This document shows, piece after piece, positions 33,636-43,954 of a stretch of 64,000 bases of DNA. The stretch spans positions 192,001-256,000 of the forward strand of contig CAXXUO010000001.1 in assembly GCA_963666485.2 (NCBI GenBank), given 5' to 3'. The number at the start of each line of letters is the position of its first letter. Position 1 is the stretch's first letter. Position numbers and translations under genes: made by a program. The DNA comes from Syntrophorhabdaceae bacterium (GTDB taxonomy: Bacteria > Desulfobacterota > Syntrophorhabdia > Syntrophorhabdales > Syntrophorhabdaceae). The notes under the pieces are model-generated. The model worked only from the letters and a program-made list of their open reading frames with translations. It made no database searches and was not told the DNA's origin.

Positions 33636-33686
33636 CGCCTATAATATAACACATTTACAGGCGAAAAAGAAGGGCAGCCGAAAGGC

Positions 33687-33865
33687 GGTTCAAGGTTCAA
33701 GGTTCAAGGTTCAATGCTATTTTTTTACTTGAACTTTGAACTTTCAACCTTGAACTGGTTCAGGTTCCTATTATCGGGAGTTCAATGATGAACTTCAGCC
33801 AAAAAGTCGTCCCGGTTTCAATGTTCGATGCTATTTTTTTCCTTGAACCTTGAACCTTGAACCTT
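33687..33865. repeat. Two tandem GGTTCAA/TTGAACC hairpin units with a duplicate of the kinase gene 3' end
   Basis: Both units share the ttc(a/g)atgctattttttt loop; duplicate at 33760-33796. Confidence 0.85.
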
Positions 33866-33867
33866 CT

Positions 33868-36003
33868 TTAAGTTTCGATTATCGGGAGTTCGATGATGAA
33901 CTTCGCTCCGCGCGGCTTGTTGTCTTCTACCCGTATCTTGCCGTGGTGCTCGAGGATGATCGAATGGACAATGGCGAGACCGAGACCTGTGCCGTCCTTT
34001 TCTTTCGTGAAATACGGGTCGAACACTTTTTCCTTGTCCTCGTCCGCGATGCCTTTGCCGGTATCTGCAAATTCTATGATGCCGGTATGCTTCGGTACAT
34101 CGAACCGTGTACTGACGGCGATGCTCCCCGCGCCGCCCTCCATCGCCTTGACGGCATTTGTTACCAGGTTGATGAATGCCCTTTTCAGGGCCTCACGGTC
34201 GACACGGACACGGGGCATGTTCTTCGGGCTAAAGGTTATCGAGACGCCCTGGTAGAGATTGCGGTAAAGATCGAGGGTTTCCTCTACAATAGCGTTGAGG
34301 TCCTCCGATGTCTTCGCCTGGGACGTATGCGTTAACTTCGTAAGCTCATTGACTATTTCCTTGATATCATCGACGGAGCGTATGATGACGGAGGTGGTTT
34401 GATCGAGGACTTCCTTTTCGTTTCCCGATGAATTGCTCATGATCTTCCTGCGGATACGCTGGGCCGAGAGGATAATGGGCGTCAGCGGGTTTTTGATCTC
34501 GTGCGTCAGTTTGCGCGCGATCTCCTGCCAGGTAGCAAGTTTTTCCGCCCGGACAACATGGGTTATGTCATCGAAGGCAATAATATATCCGGCGACCTTC
34601 CCGGCTTCATCCTTGAGGGCGGTCAATGACGCCCGAAGATATGTCACGTCCTTCTTCAGGTTGAGCCTTAAGTCCATCGTGATGCTTTCATCGCCCGCGG
34701 CCTTTACCTCTTTCAGGAAAGATTTTGTCAGTGTCCGGAAATCATTCCCGAATATCTCCCGCAACGACATCCCGTCGAGACTTTCCTGCTCCACACCCAG
34801 GATATGCCGTGCTGCATTGTTTCCGAGGCGGATGACCCCTTTTTTATCCGTAGATATAATGCCCGCAGCCACATTGTTGAGGACGAATTCGAGAGAGCGG
34901 CTTTTGCTTTCGATCTCGTCCTTCGCTACCTTGAGTTCCCTCGCCATGCTGTTGAACGCCCTGACAAGGGTGCTTATCTCGTCCTCTCCGCGCTCCTCGA
35001 GGTTGATATCGAATTTACCCTTCGCGATGATGGCCGCACCTTCTTTCATCTTCTCGATGGGAACGGTTATCTCGGTGGCCATTTTTATCCCGACCCAGAG
35101 TGAAACGAATATCGTCAGTATCGTTATCAGGAAAAGCGGGATGATGAAGCTGTACTTGAGCACTTTCTTGAAGACCCGGGATTCCTTGAATTCCTTGCTG
35201 GTCACGGCGATCTGCTTCATGCGTTCCGTGCCCTTCATCTTGATCATATCGCCCAGAAGAAGAAGCGGATAAGGCGAATTCACGTCCTGTGTGTCCGTCC
35301 GGATGCGCAGGCCCACGACGAGCATTTCACCCCCGTCGACCGGGATGATCTCCCGCGACACGCCGGAGCCCGACAGGGCCTTGAGCCGTGAACGGATGGC
35401 CTGGTCCGAACTGTCGGAACCGCTGGCCCTGATGATCTTGCCGGTCGCCGGGTCATAAACGGCCAGGTAGCTCAGGACATGCCATGTCTCGTACCGGTCG
35501 AGAAAATTCTTCAATTCCTTTTCATCGGCGATCATGTCCTTCTTCTGGATCTGTTCCGCCATCCGCGTCCCGATCCTCATGTGGCGCTGGAAGATCTCCT
35601 CGTAATGGAACTGGGACAGTTCGAGTGCACTTTCCAAAGTGTCCTCTACCTGCTGGCTGAACCAGCGGTCCATGGACACGTAAAAGAAGCCCGTCGCCAG
35701 TATGAAAAGGGTGAATGACGGGACGATCGATATAAAAAGGAGTGTGGATGTCAGCCTTTTCTTAAGGTCGGACCCCCAGATGCCCCTCTTTTTCTCGATG
35801 TAGGCCTTGAGAACGATGCGCGTGATGAGGAAAAGAAGGAGCAGTATCAGAAGAAGATTTAAGTTGAGGACAACGACGAGGAGCTTGTTTTCCCAGACCG
35901 GGAAGAATCTCGCGAAATTCGGGAGATTCGTTTCGAGCAGGACGAGTGCCCCGAAAACGACCAGGATGCCTATTATGAATGAGAGTTCTTTCTTAAATTT
36001 CAT
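33868..36003 (-). CDS. NtrY-like HAMP/PAS sensor histidine kinase
   Basis: Membrane N-terminus, HAMP, WQEIARKLTHEIKNPLTPI, NAVKA, DTGKG, GTGLGL. Confidence 0.9.
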   Translation of the reverse strand: MKFKKELSFIIGILVVFGALVLLETNLPNFARFFPVWENKLLVVVLNLNLLLILLLLFLITRIVLKAYIEKKRGIWGSDLKKRLTSTLLFISIVPSFTLFILATGFFYVSMDRWFSQQVEDTLESALELSQFHYEEIFQRHMRIGTRMAEQIQKKDMIADEKELKNFLDRYETWHVLSYLAVYDPATGKIIRASGSDSSDQAIRSRLKALSGSGVSREIIPVDGGEMLVVGLRIRTDTQDVNSPYPLLLLGDMIKMKGTERMKQIAVTSKEFKESRVFKKVLKYSFIIPLFLITILTIFVSLWVGIKMATEITVPIEKMKEGAAIIAKGKFDINLEERGEDEISTLVRAFNSMARELKVAKDEIESKSRSLEFVLNNVAAGIISTDKKGVIRLGNNAARHILGVEQESLDGMSLREIFGNDFRTLTKSFLKEVKAAGDESITMDLRLNLKKDVTYLRASLTALKDEAGKVAGYIIAFDDITHVVRAEKLATWQEIARKLTHEIKNPLTPIILSAQRIRRKIMSNSSGNEKEVLDQTTSVIIRSVDDIKEIVNELTKLTHTSQAKTSEDLNAIVEETLDLYRNLYQGVSITFSPKNMPRVRVDREALKRAFINLVTNAVKAMEGGAGSIAVSTRFDVPKHTGIIEFADTGKGIADEDKEKVFDPYFTKEKDGTGLGLAIVHSIILEHHGKIRVEDNKPRGAKFIIELPIIET

Positions 36004-36012
36004 AAAGTGACC

Positions 36013-36100
36013 TGGCGATGGGCGACGGGCGATGGGCGATGGGGAACGCCCATTCCCTGCATATTTCTTTCCTATCGCCTATTGCCCATTGCCTATCGCC
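36013..36100. repeat. Inverted (GGCGATG)/(CTATCGC) heptamer arrays
   Basis: 36013-36043 versus 36070-36100. Confidence 0.75.
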
Positions 36101-36105
36101 TGTCT

Positions 36106-36870
36106 TCATTTTATTCCAACAAAATTTATCTGCCGTTCGTTGCGGGCACCTCTCCGGTATGAAGCAAAAAGCGGGTCTTCGGAACAGAACGTGCATAATC
36201 CCGTATCGAGGATAGTATGAACACCCGACTCCGTCAAAAGCCAGGTGTTTGCATCTTTCAGGTCAAGATAGGTTGCGCCATCCTTGTCGTGAAATATATT
36301 TTCAGGGAAACCTTCACCGAGGAATGCCTCTTTTACCTCCGCCCCCACGGTATAGCAGCAGCCACGGATCGACGGGCCGAGGAGCGCAATGATGCGCGAA
36401 GGCGCGGCTCCCCGCTCCGACATCGCGGTGACGGCATCCGTCGTGATGCGCCCGAGAGTACCCCGCCACCCGGCATGGATTATTGCTGCCATGGGAAAAG
36501 CAAGGTCTACAAGGACGATGCTCATGCAATCGGCCGTTTTAATGACCCCCGCAATCCCGGGTTTGTAAAGCAGGATCCCGTCCCCCGTTTCCGGCCGGTC
36601 ATTGGGTCCCACCGCGTGGATAGTATTTCCATGCTCCTGGTGAAGCGTAACAGAACGCTCAAGGGAAAACATATCGAGAAATACCCGGGTTTCCTTATCG
36701 TCCAGTAACGAGGGGCAGGCCCGCGTGAAAAATCCATGGATGATTCCCCGCGCCGTCAACTCAGGGACGTGACAGTATTCCCAGCCATTCTTTCTTTCCC
36801 GGGCAAATTCCCATGCCGGAGGTGTCACATTTCTGTGATCCATGTTGTAGTTTACGGATTTTTTAGGCAT
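36106..36870 (-). CDS. pgeF: PgeF/YfiH polyphenol oxidase-family protein (start uncertain)
   Basis: HGFFTR, QEHG, TADC, HAGWRG, GPSI..CCY, FASYRR. Confidence 0.9.
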   Translation of the reverse strand: MPKKSVNYNMDHRNVTPPAWEFARERKNGWEYCHVPELTARGIIHGFFTRACPSLLDDKETRVFLDMFSLERSVTLHQEHGNTIHAVGPNDRPETGDGILLYKPGIAGVIKTADCMSIVLVDLAFPMAAIIHAGWRGTLGRITTDAVTAMSERGAAPSRIIALLGPSIRGCCYTVGAEVKEAFLGEGFPENIFHDKDGATYLDLKDANTWLLTESGVHTILDTGLCTFCSEDPLFASYRRGARNERQINFVGIK

Positions 36871-37819
36871 TTTGTCTACGATGTTTTTCCGCGAACTTGT
36901 TCATATCGGCAGGGACGGGTGCCTCGATCTTTACCGCGGCCCCGGTTACCGGGTGAATGAACTCTATGCGATATGCATGAAGAAGGGGCCTTGGCTCCAG
37001 CTTTTTGGCTTTTCTTCCATATGTCTCGTCGCCGACGACCGGAAAGCCGGCATGGCTCAAGTGAACGCGTATCTGGTGCGTTCTTCCTGTCGCGGGATAC
37101 GCCTCGACAAGGGAAAATCCCTCGAGGCGTTCCACGACCTTAAAACCGGTCGTAGCGTTCCTGCCGCCTGACGTGAGAACCGTCATCTTCTTCCTGTCCA
37201 CCGGGTGGCGGCCAATATTCCCGTCGACGGTCAAAACGTCCCAGGCCGGAATTCCCTCGACAATGGCCCGGTAGGTCTTTTTGACCTCCCTGTCCTTGAA
37301 CAATCCCGACAATCTTTCCTGTGTCCTTGAATCGCGGGCGATAAGTATGACACCCGTCGTGCCCTTGTCGAGTCGATGGACGATCCCCGGCCGCATCCCC
37401 GTCGTCCCGTCTTTATTGCCCTCTTCTCCCGTGGAACTTGAAACGTGGAACTTGAAACTATCTTTATTGAGGTATCCCAGTACCGCATTTACCAGCGTTC
37501 CCGAGTTGTGGCCGAAAGACGGGTGGACAACCATATCTGCAGGTTTGTCGATGGCGAGAAAATAATTGTCTTCGTAGAGAATGGAAAGAGGGATCTCCTC
37601 CGGGGCAAGATCGACCGGCTCTTCATCCGGGATATCACCGGCAATTTCGGCGCCTGCCTTCAGGCGCATCGACGGCTTGGGAATTTTGCCGGCCACCCGG
37701 ACATGGCCTCCGTCTATCATTTCTTTGATCTTTGTCCGTGTCAGGGTTAATTGCTCGGAGAGGAAAACGTCGAGCCTGATATCGTTTTGTTCGCAGGTGA
37801 TCGTGAAACTATGGGGCAT
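36863..37819 (-). CDS. rluD: RluA/RluD-family pseudouridine synthase with a 17-aa insertion
   Basis: S4 domain, KPADMVVHP, RPGIVHRLDKGTTG, TGRTHQIRVH. Confidence 0.92.
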   Translation of the reverse strand: MPHSFTITCEQNDIRLDVFLSEQLTLTRTKIKEMIDGGHVRVAGKIPKPSMRLKAGAEIAGDIPDEEPVDLAPEEIPLSILYEDNYFLAIDKPADMVVHPSFGHNSGTLVNAVLGYLNKDSFKFHVSSSTGEEGNKDGTTGMRPGIVHRLDKGTTGVILIARDSRTQERLSGLFKDREVKKTYRAIVEGIPAWDVLTVDGNIGRHPVDRKKMTVLTSGGRNATTGFKVVERLEGFSLVEAYPATGRTHQIRVHLSHAGFPVVGDETYGRKAKKLEPRPLLHAYRIEFIHPVTGAAVKIEAPVPADMNKFAEKHRRQNA

Positions 37820-39206
37820 CCGTATAAACCGAGGCTATTGCTTCAATAAGGTCTTTTTCGTCGTGCGCAAGGACCGTTCTCATGTCGAATATCAATCTTT
37901 CTTTTTCGATCCTGGCAATAACGGGGACCGGGCGGTCCCTCAAGCGCTTTTCGAAGGCATCGGCTGTTATAGCGGACGGGACAATGGCGATCGCCGAGGA
38001 AGGTATGACCATATCGGGAAAGCTGCCGCCTCCTACCTCCGATCCTGTGTGGACCACCGATATATCGGCACCCGGACACCGTTTCTTCAGGACCGATGCG
38101 AGACGCCGGGCCCTTTTGTCGAGGTTGTCCCTGGATTCGGATATCATTGCGATAGTCGGAATTTTCCGTGCAGCCGACGCTGCATCGAGGCATAAGAGGA
38201 GGGTTGCCTCAAGGCCCGCAAGGGTGAATTTGTCCGGTCTCAATGCCCTTGTTATCGGGTTGCGCTTTATGACATCTATGCATTCCTCTTTGCCGAGGAT
38301 TATTCCCGCCTGGGGGGCGCCTAAGAGCTTGTCACCGCTAAACGATATAACATCGAACCCAGTCTTCAGCTCCTCGGATATTATCGGCTCGCCCGTGTGG
38401 CCAAGGCTCTCGTGGGCATGGAAAAGCCCGCTGCCCGTGTCGAAATATGTCGGGATGCCATACCTCGCACCCAATCCCACCAATTCGCCCGAAGACGCTT
38501 CATGCGTGAAACCGCGTACACGGTAGTTGCTCGTATGGGCCTTCATGATGAGGCCCGTGTTGTCCCCGATCGCACGTTCGAAGTCTTCGATGTAGGTCCT
38601 GTTTGTCGTACCGACTTCCTTTAAGATTGCGCCGCTCTTTTTCATGACATCGGGTATCCTGAACGATCCGCCGATCTCTATGAGTTCGCCGCGCGAGATA
38701 ATGACCTCCTTGCCTTCTGCCAGGGCATTGAGGATGAGGAATACCGCTCCGGCGTTATTGTTCACCACAAGCGCATCCCCGGCAGACGTGAGCCTTTTCA
38801 AGACCGACGTACAGTGGTCATACCTGCTGCCGCGCACCCCTGTCACGAGGTTGTATTCGAGGTTGCAATACCCTGTTGCAACCTTCATGATGGCGTTCAC
38901 CGCTTCTTCGACGAGCACGGACCTGCCGAGGTTTGTATGGATTATCACTCCCGTCGCGTTTATAACACGTTTGAGGTGCGGCTCGACAAGGGCCTGGGCG
39001 AGGCGGGAGACCTCATCGACGATCGTATCAATGCCCGGCACCGCGACGGCGCGACCAGTCTTGATACCGGAACGAAGGGAATCGAGATATTCACGCAGGA
39101 CATCTTTCAGGATTGTTTCCGGGAAGCGAGCCTCGAGCTTCTTGAAACCCGGGTTCACAAGTATGGCATCGACCTTCGGTATCTTCCGCAACGGGTTGTC
39201 TGGCAT
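37809..39206 (-). CDS. selA: L-seryl-tRNA(Sec) selenium transferase
   Basis: VINATGVIIHTNLGRS, VVNNNA, SRGELIEIGGSFRIP, FSGDKLLG. Confidence 0.96.
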   Translation of the reverse strand: MPDNPLRKIPKVDAILVNPGFKKLEARFPETILKDVLREYLDSLRSGIKTGRAVAVPGIDTIVDEVSRLAQALVEPHLKRVINATGVIIHTNLGRSVLVEEAVNAIMKVATGYCNLEYNLVTGVRGSRYDHCTSVLKRLTSAGDALVVNNNAGAVFLILNALAEGKEVIISRGELIEIGGSFRIPDVMKKSGAILKEVGTTNRTYIEDFERAIGDNTGLIMKAHTSNYRVRGFTHEASSGELVGLGARYGIPTYFDTGSGLFHAHESLGHTGEPIISEELKTGFDVISFSGDKLLGAPQAGIILGKEECIDVIKRNPITRALRPDKFTLAGLEATLLLCLDAASAARKIPTIAMISESRDNLDKRARRLASVLKKRCPGADISVVHTGSEVGGGSFPDMVIPSSAIAIVPSAITADAFEKRLRDRPVPVIARIEKERLIFDMRTVLAHDEKDLIEAIASVYTDAP

Positions 39207-39241
39207 AGCTTTAGTTATTTTCTACCATATGGAGGGATGCG

Positions 39242-41281
39242 TCAACAGGTAATTTCCACCTTCGCGTCGACGATAACGCACCCTTTCCCCTCATCGTTCA
39301 CGATAACGGGGTTTATGTCCAGGCTGGTTATGTGCGGATTTTCAATGAGAAGCTGCGACACCCGGACGATAACGTCCTCGAGGGCATGGATGTCGGCCGG
39401 TCTCTTCCCGCGTGCACCTTTGAGAATCGCGGAGCCTTTGAGCTCATCGACCATGCTCCGGGCGTTTTCTTTGTCGACAGGTGCCACGCGGATCGACCGG
39501 TCTGCCATGATCTCGACATAGACCCCTCCGAGCCCGCAGACGATGACCGGCCCGAATTCATTATCGAAACGACCTCCGATGATCATTTCAAAACCGGGGG
39601 CGGCCATCTTCTGGATAACACAGCGAACCGGGCCCAGCTGTTCAAAGGCATCGACCAGTTCTTTCTCGTCCCTGATGTCAAGGTATACGCCTTTCTCTTC
39701 GGATTTATGGAGGACGGACGGGTCAGCCAGCTTCAATGCTACCGGATAACCAAGCTGTCCCGCGGCGGCAACAAGTTTTTCCCGGTTTTCCACGATATTG
39801 TAGCGTGCGACAGGAAGCCCGGATCGCTCGAGCAGGGAGAAGCATTCGTCGGGGCCCAGAAACCTCCGTCCCGCCCTGGCATCACACCGTATCTTTCCCG
39901 GGTACTTGTAGGAAAAGTGTTTTCCCCGCCCCCTTGCCTCATAATGCCTCAGGGACCAGGACAGGGCCTTGAGCGCCTGGTCAACGTCAGTAAAGACCGG
40001 AACGTCCGCCGCTTCCTTTATTGCAAACCACTCCGCCCGATTGGTCACAACGCACAAGGCGACCGGCTTATCATAGTTCGGGATGATCGCGGAGGCAAAC
40101 TTAAGAAAATTCCGCACCTTTCCGCCATCGCTTTCCGAACTGTAGGTAACGACGAACACGATCCCGTCCACGTTCTCTTCCTTAAGTGCCATCTCGAGGA
40201 TCGGGCAATAGTCATCGAGATCGTAGACATCGCCGATATCCAGCGGGTTCGTGGCGGCGATAACGTTCAGTTTCTTCGCATGGATACCGGAGAAGAAACC
40301 ATCCGAAAATACGGCAAAATCAAAACCGTACCGTTTCGCGGCGTCAGCGCAGAGTACACCATGACCGCCGGAGCGGGAGATGAGGGCCAGCCTTTTGCCT
40401 TTGAGCACGGGAAGGCTGAATATCTTGAATGAGTCCACCATCTCCTGAAAATTCGTGACCCGGATGATCCCCGCCTGCCTCATGGCGGCCTCTGCCACAT
40501 CGTCGTCACCCGCAAGCGCCGTGGTATGGAATTTGGCGATCTCGCCGCTCGATGGACTTCTGTTCGCCTTGAGCATGACGGCCGGTTTGGGGCTTGATGC
40601 GGCCAGCGCCATCAATTTCCGCCCGTCCGAGAAATTTTCGAGGTAGAGCCCGACAACACGTGTCCCGTCATCCTTCATGACGTATTCAAGGACATCGTTC
40701 TCGTCCGTCATCAGTTTGTTGCCGATGCTGACAAGCTTTCTCAGGCCAACATTTTCGACGGAGCACAGCATGCACGTGTCATAAAAGACGCCGCCGCTCT
40801 GCGAAATAAGGGAGGCCGAACCTTTTTTCATATAATCAGGGTCTATGATGAAAAAAGGAAGCACAACCCCGGCTTCGAGGTTGACGACGCCGAAGCAATT
40901 GGGGCCCACTATTCTCATGCCGTACCGTTCGGCCGCAAGAAGAACAGCCCCTTCGAGCCCGAGCCGCTCTCCCGAGAATTCGGTGAAGCCTCCCGATTCC
41001 AGGATCACGTTCCGTATGCCCTTTTTCCCGCACATCTCGACCGCCTGAGGTGCATAACGGGCGGGCACAAGTATGACCGCAAGGTCGGGAACACCGGGAA
41101 CCGTATCGAGGTCCTTCAGTATCTTCCTGCCGGCGACGACACCGCCGCGCGCACCGACGGGATACACGTCGCCGCGAAAGCCAAAGCGGGCAAGATTCTC
41201 GACAATGACACGCGCAAGGTTGCCCGGTGTATCGGAAACGCCGAATACTGCTATGCTTTCTGGATAGAAGAATTTTTCCAT
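39242..41281 (-). CDS. ADP-forming acetate/acyl-CoA ligase, fused alpha-beta
   Basis: CoA-binding domain, GPNCFG, SQSGG, HTTALAG, NPLD, C-terminal ATP-grasp (HKSE, DINP). Confidence 0.88.
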   Translation of the reverse strand: MEKFFYPESIAVFGVSDTPGNLARVIVENLARFGFRGDVYPVGARGGVVAGRKILKDLDTVPGVPDLAVILVPARYAPQAVEMCGKKGIRNVILESGGFTEFSGERLGLEGAVLLAAERYGMRIVGPNCFGVVNLEAGVVLPFFIIDPDYMKKGSASLISQSGGVFYDTCMLCSVENVGLRKLVSIGNKLMTDENDVLEYVMKDDGTRVVGLYLENFSDGRKLMALAASSPKPAVMLKANRSPSSGEIAKFHTTALAGDDDVAEAAMRQAGIIRVTNFQEMVDSFKIFSLPVLKGKRLALISRSGGHGVLCADAAKRYGFDFAVFSDGFFSGIHAKKLNVIAATNPLDIGDVYDLDDYCPILEMALKEENVDGIVFVVTYSSESDGGKVRNFLKFASAIIPNYDKPVALCVVTNRAEWFAIKEAADVPVFTDVDQALKALSWSLRHYEARGRGKHFSYKYPGKIRCDARAGRRFLGPDECFSLLERSGLPVARYNIVENREKLVAAAGQLGYPVALKLADPSVLHKSEEKGVYLDIRDEKELVDAFEQLGPVRCVIQKMAAPGFEMIIGGRFDNEFGPVIVCGLGGVYVEIMADRSIRVAPVDKENARSMVDELKGSAILKGARGKRPADIHALEDVIVRVSQLLIENPHITSLDINPVIVNDEGKGCVIVDAKVEITC

Positions 41282-41454
41282 ATTGGTCCTTCGAATTACG
41301 GGTAATCGAAAGCATCGTTAGTATAACGCCGGAACCCCTTAAAAAACAAGGATTAACGGCCGTATACCCAAGGTTGACAAGACCTCCCCCATTTGCTACA
41401 TTTCGAAGGTGATGGTCTTTTCAGACATTTCAAACCAACCATAACGGAGACCCC

Positions 41455-41919
41455 ATGACAAAAGTTGAGCATGCGTTGTCACTCTTTCAAAACGGCTTCA
41501 ATTGCTCTCAGGCCGTTTTTTCATCATTCGCCGAAGACCTGGGGTTGCCTGAAGAAAAAGCACTTATGATCGCAAGCGGTTTCGGCGCGGGAATGGGAAG
41601 GATGTCCCGTACGTGCGGGGCCGTGGCGGGGGCCTTCATGGTGCTCGGCTTAAAGGAAGGCTTTTCCTCCGGTGGCAACAAAGGGTCCAAAGAGATGATC
41701 TACCGGCTTGTCCGTGAATTGAGCGATGCGTTCGCCGCCGCTCACGGTTCCATTGAATGCCGTGAACTGCTCGGTCTCGATATCTCGACACCAGACGGCT
41801 ATAAGCAGGCGGCGGATTCCGGGATATTCCGCGACAAGTGCCCCCGATTCGTGCAGCAGGCCGTCGAAATAACGGAAAAAATGCTTGGTTTGCAACCTAA
41901 AAAATGTGATACAAACTGA
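41455..41919 (+). CDS. C-GCAxxG-C-C family putative redox protein
   Basis: GFNCSQAV, TCGAVAG, IECREL, KC. Confidence 0.88.
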   Translation: MTKVEHALSLFQNGFNCSQAVFSSFAEDLGLPEEKALMIASGFGAGMGRMSRTCGAVAGAFMVLGLKEGFSSGGNKGSKEMIYRLVRELSDAFAAAHGSIECRELLGLDISTPDGYKQAADSGIFRDKCPRFVQQAVEITEKMLGLQPKKCDTN

Positions 41920-41947
41920 CAAATCGGTGATATACTTAGAAAGGATC

Positions 41948-42340
41948 ATGAAAAAGATCGCGATAATATCACTTCTCGTATTCAGCGCGGCGCTTATTCT
42001 GCCATTGACCGGCGAGGCCGGTGGCTATTATTATCATGGCGGATACTACGGCGGCTGCGGAAATTATTGGGTTCCCGCAGCGATCGTCGGCGGCGCAATA
42101 CTGGCCGGGGCCCTTTTTATCGGGACCATGAATTACCAGGCTTCAAAACCTGTACCCCCGCCGCAGCCCGTGCCCTACGCTTCCCCGGACCCGAACTTTG
42201 TTGCACGCTACGGAACGGCCCCCGCCCCTTCACTACCACCTCAGCAGCAACCGACCGGCGGTCAATGGGTCACGGTTCCTGCCCAGCAGGTCGGCAGCAC
42301 CTGGGTACCCGCGCACCGGGTCTTCGTACCGAACTCATAA
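41948..42340 (+). CDS. Hypothetical Pro-rich membrane or exported protein
   Basis: Signal peptide, Gly/Tyr-rich segment, hydrophobic helix, WVTVP..WVPAH tail. Confidence 0.7.
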   Translation: MKKIAIISLLVFSAALILPLTGEAGGYYYHGGYYGGCGNYWVPAAIVGGAILAGALFIGTMNYQASKPVPPPQPVPYASPDPNFVARYGTAPAPSLPPQQQPTGGQWVTVPAQQVGSTWVPAHRVFVPNS

Positions 42341-42345
42341 AAAAC

Positions 42346-42645
42346 CGTTCCACGTTCAGCTCATCCGCCCTCAGAGCGTTTCCCTGCCGTAAGATCCTGC
42401 AATTTTTTCAGCCAGATGTTCGAAATCCCCTGGGCCGTCATTCCGGCGAAGGCCGGAATCCAGCGTCTTTGTTTTTTTGGCCTGACTTTTCATTGGTGCA
42501 AAAATATTAAAGGCACTGGATTCCGCCGCAAAAGCCGGCGGAATGACGAGAAACAATTATTCATAAGTGGCTTTTTAACATTTGAACGATAGAACGGCAT
42601 TGAGGGTTTTTTTATCGTGGAACCTGGAACGTGGAACGTGGAACC
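42346..42645. repeat. Composite element: TTCCACG unit, inverted REP pair (42436-42463, 42516-42548), (CGTGGAA)n
   Basis: Read directly. Confidence 0.8.
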
Positions 42646-42650
42646 TCTTT

Positions 42651-43835
42651 TTATTCAGTAAGTTCTCTGAAGCACGCTGCTCCACGGATGTAGTTGAAGT
42701 CTTTTTCGTTCTCGAAGATGCGGAGGTCTTTCACTTGGCCCGTGTCTAAGGCGGTCTTGATCCACTGGCATGCGCGGGTCGAGTTATGCCTGAGCGCTTC
42801 GACACGGGCGAGGAGCAACATCGATGCTACGTCATCGGGTTTTGATTCCCTGAACTTCGTAATGTCGGCAATTGATTTGTCGAACTGAAGCAGGTCTTTG
42901 TATATGACGGCCCTGGCGAGGTACGGGCCCGGGTTGTCCGGTTTTATCTCGATCGCTTTCGTGAAATCTGCAAGCGCCTTTTCCGGTTTTTTCTCGAAGG
43001 TATACATCATGCCGCGCTGGGAATATAGGAGTACATTCGACGGATTGATCGCGATCGCCCTGGTCAGCTCTTCTATTCCCTTGTCATATTTCTTCAGTAT
43101 GGCGTATATATCTGCCCGTCCCTGGTGCGCCTGCCAGAATTTGGGGGCTATCTCAAGCAACCTCTCGTAGTCGGCCATGGACCTGTCGTAATACCCGGTC
43201 TTTTGCTCGATAATGGCCCTTCCCAGGAGACTTAAGAATTCCTTCGGATTGAGCTCAAGCGCCTTCCCGTAGTCATCCACCGCCTTCTGGTTCTCGTTTA
43301 ACGCGGCGTACGTATTTCCCCGGAAGGTGAATGCACGCGGGTTCTTCGGGTCGAGCTCGATCGCCTTGTTGAGGTCGGTCAAGGCCTCAGGGTATTTTCT
43401 TTCGACATAAGACAGGATACCCCGCATCTCCCACGCCGCCTGGTTCCGCGGATTTATCCTGATGGCCTCCGACAGGTCTGTACGGGCAGCCCCGTAATTT
43501 CTCTCTTTTTCCCATACCTGGGCCCGCCCGATATGCGTCACGTCGCTCGCCGGGTTCAGCCCGATCGCCTTGTCGAAATCCGCCTTTGCCTTTCCCATAT
43601 CCCCCATGCCCTTGTAGGCAAATCCCCGCCATGTATACATGTCTGCGAGGGCAATGTCCTCCAGGTCGCCCTTCTTTATCGCATCGGTGCATGCTTTAAC
43701 CGCCTTGTCATACTGGCGGCCTACTGTCAGGTCCCTGCATCCTCCGGACGCTTTCACCCGGGCAGGCGCGAATAATACCATCGTTATCAAGACGATCGTT
43801 ATCAGACAGGTTGATCTCGAGATGCCCTGGCGCAT
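42651..43835 (-). CDS. Exported TPR-repeat protein
   Basis: Signal peptide and multiple TPR motifs (A..D..KAI.L.P). Confidence 0.9.
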   Translation of the reverse strand: MRQGISRSTCLITIVLITMVLFAPARVKASGGCRDLTVGRQYDKAVKACTDAIKKGDLEDIALADMYTWRGFAYKGMGDMGKAKADFDKAIGLNPASDVTHIGRAQVWEKERNYGAARTDLSEAIRINPRNQAAWEMRGILSYVERKYPEALTDLNKAIELDPKNPRAFTFRGNTYAALNENQKAVDDYGKALELNPKEFLSLLGRAIIEQKTGYYDRSMADYERLLEIAPKFWQAHQGRADIYAILKKYDKGIEELTRAIAINPSNVLLYSQRGMMYTFEKKPEKALADFTKAIEIKPDNPGPYLARAVIYKDLLQFDKSIADITKFRESKPDDVASMLLLARVEALRHNSTRACQWIKTALDTGQVKDLRIFENEKDFNYIRGAACFRELTE

Positions 43836-43903
43836 GGACGAAGCCTCCTTTAAGCCTGTGCATACTTTACATTATTCCGGTCAAATTTCAAGGGCTATGG
43901 ACG

Positions 43904-43932
43904 AAAAAAACCCCGTCTTTGATGGCGGGGTT
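43904..43932 (-). terminator. Terminator after nuoN
   Basis: aaccccgtc/ggcggggtt stem with a T run on the minus strand. Confidence 0.75.
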
Positions 43933-43954
43933 CAGGATGCTCAATAAAGTTCGT

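Noticed and set aside
37809..39206. Selenocysteine read-through in genes near selA
   Set aside because: No TGA was found at a conserved Cys position in neighbouring ORFs; the C-GCAxxG-C-C protein has Cys at all four sites.
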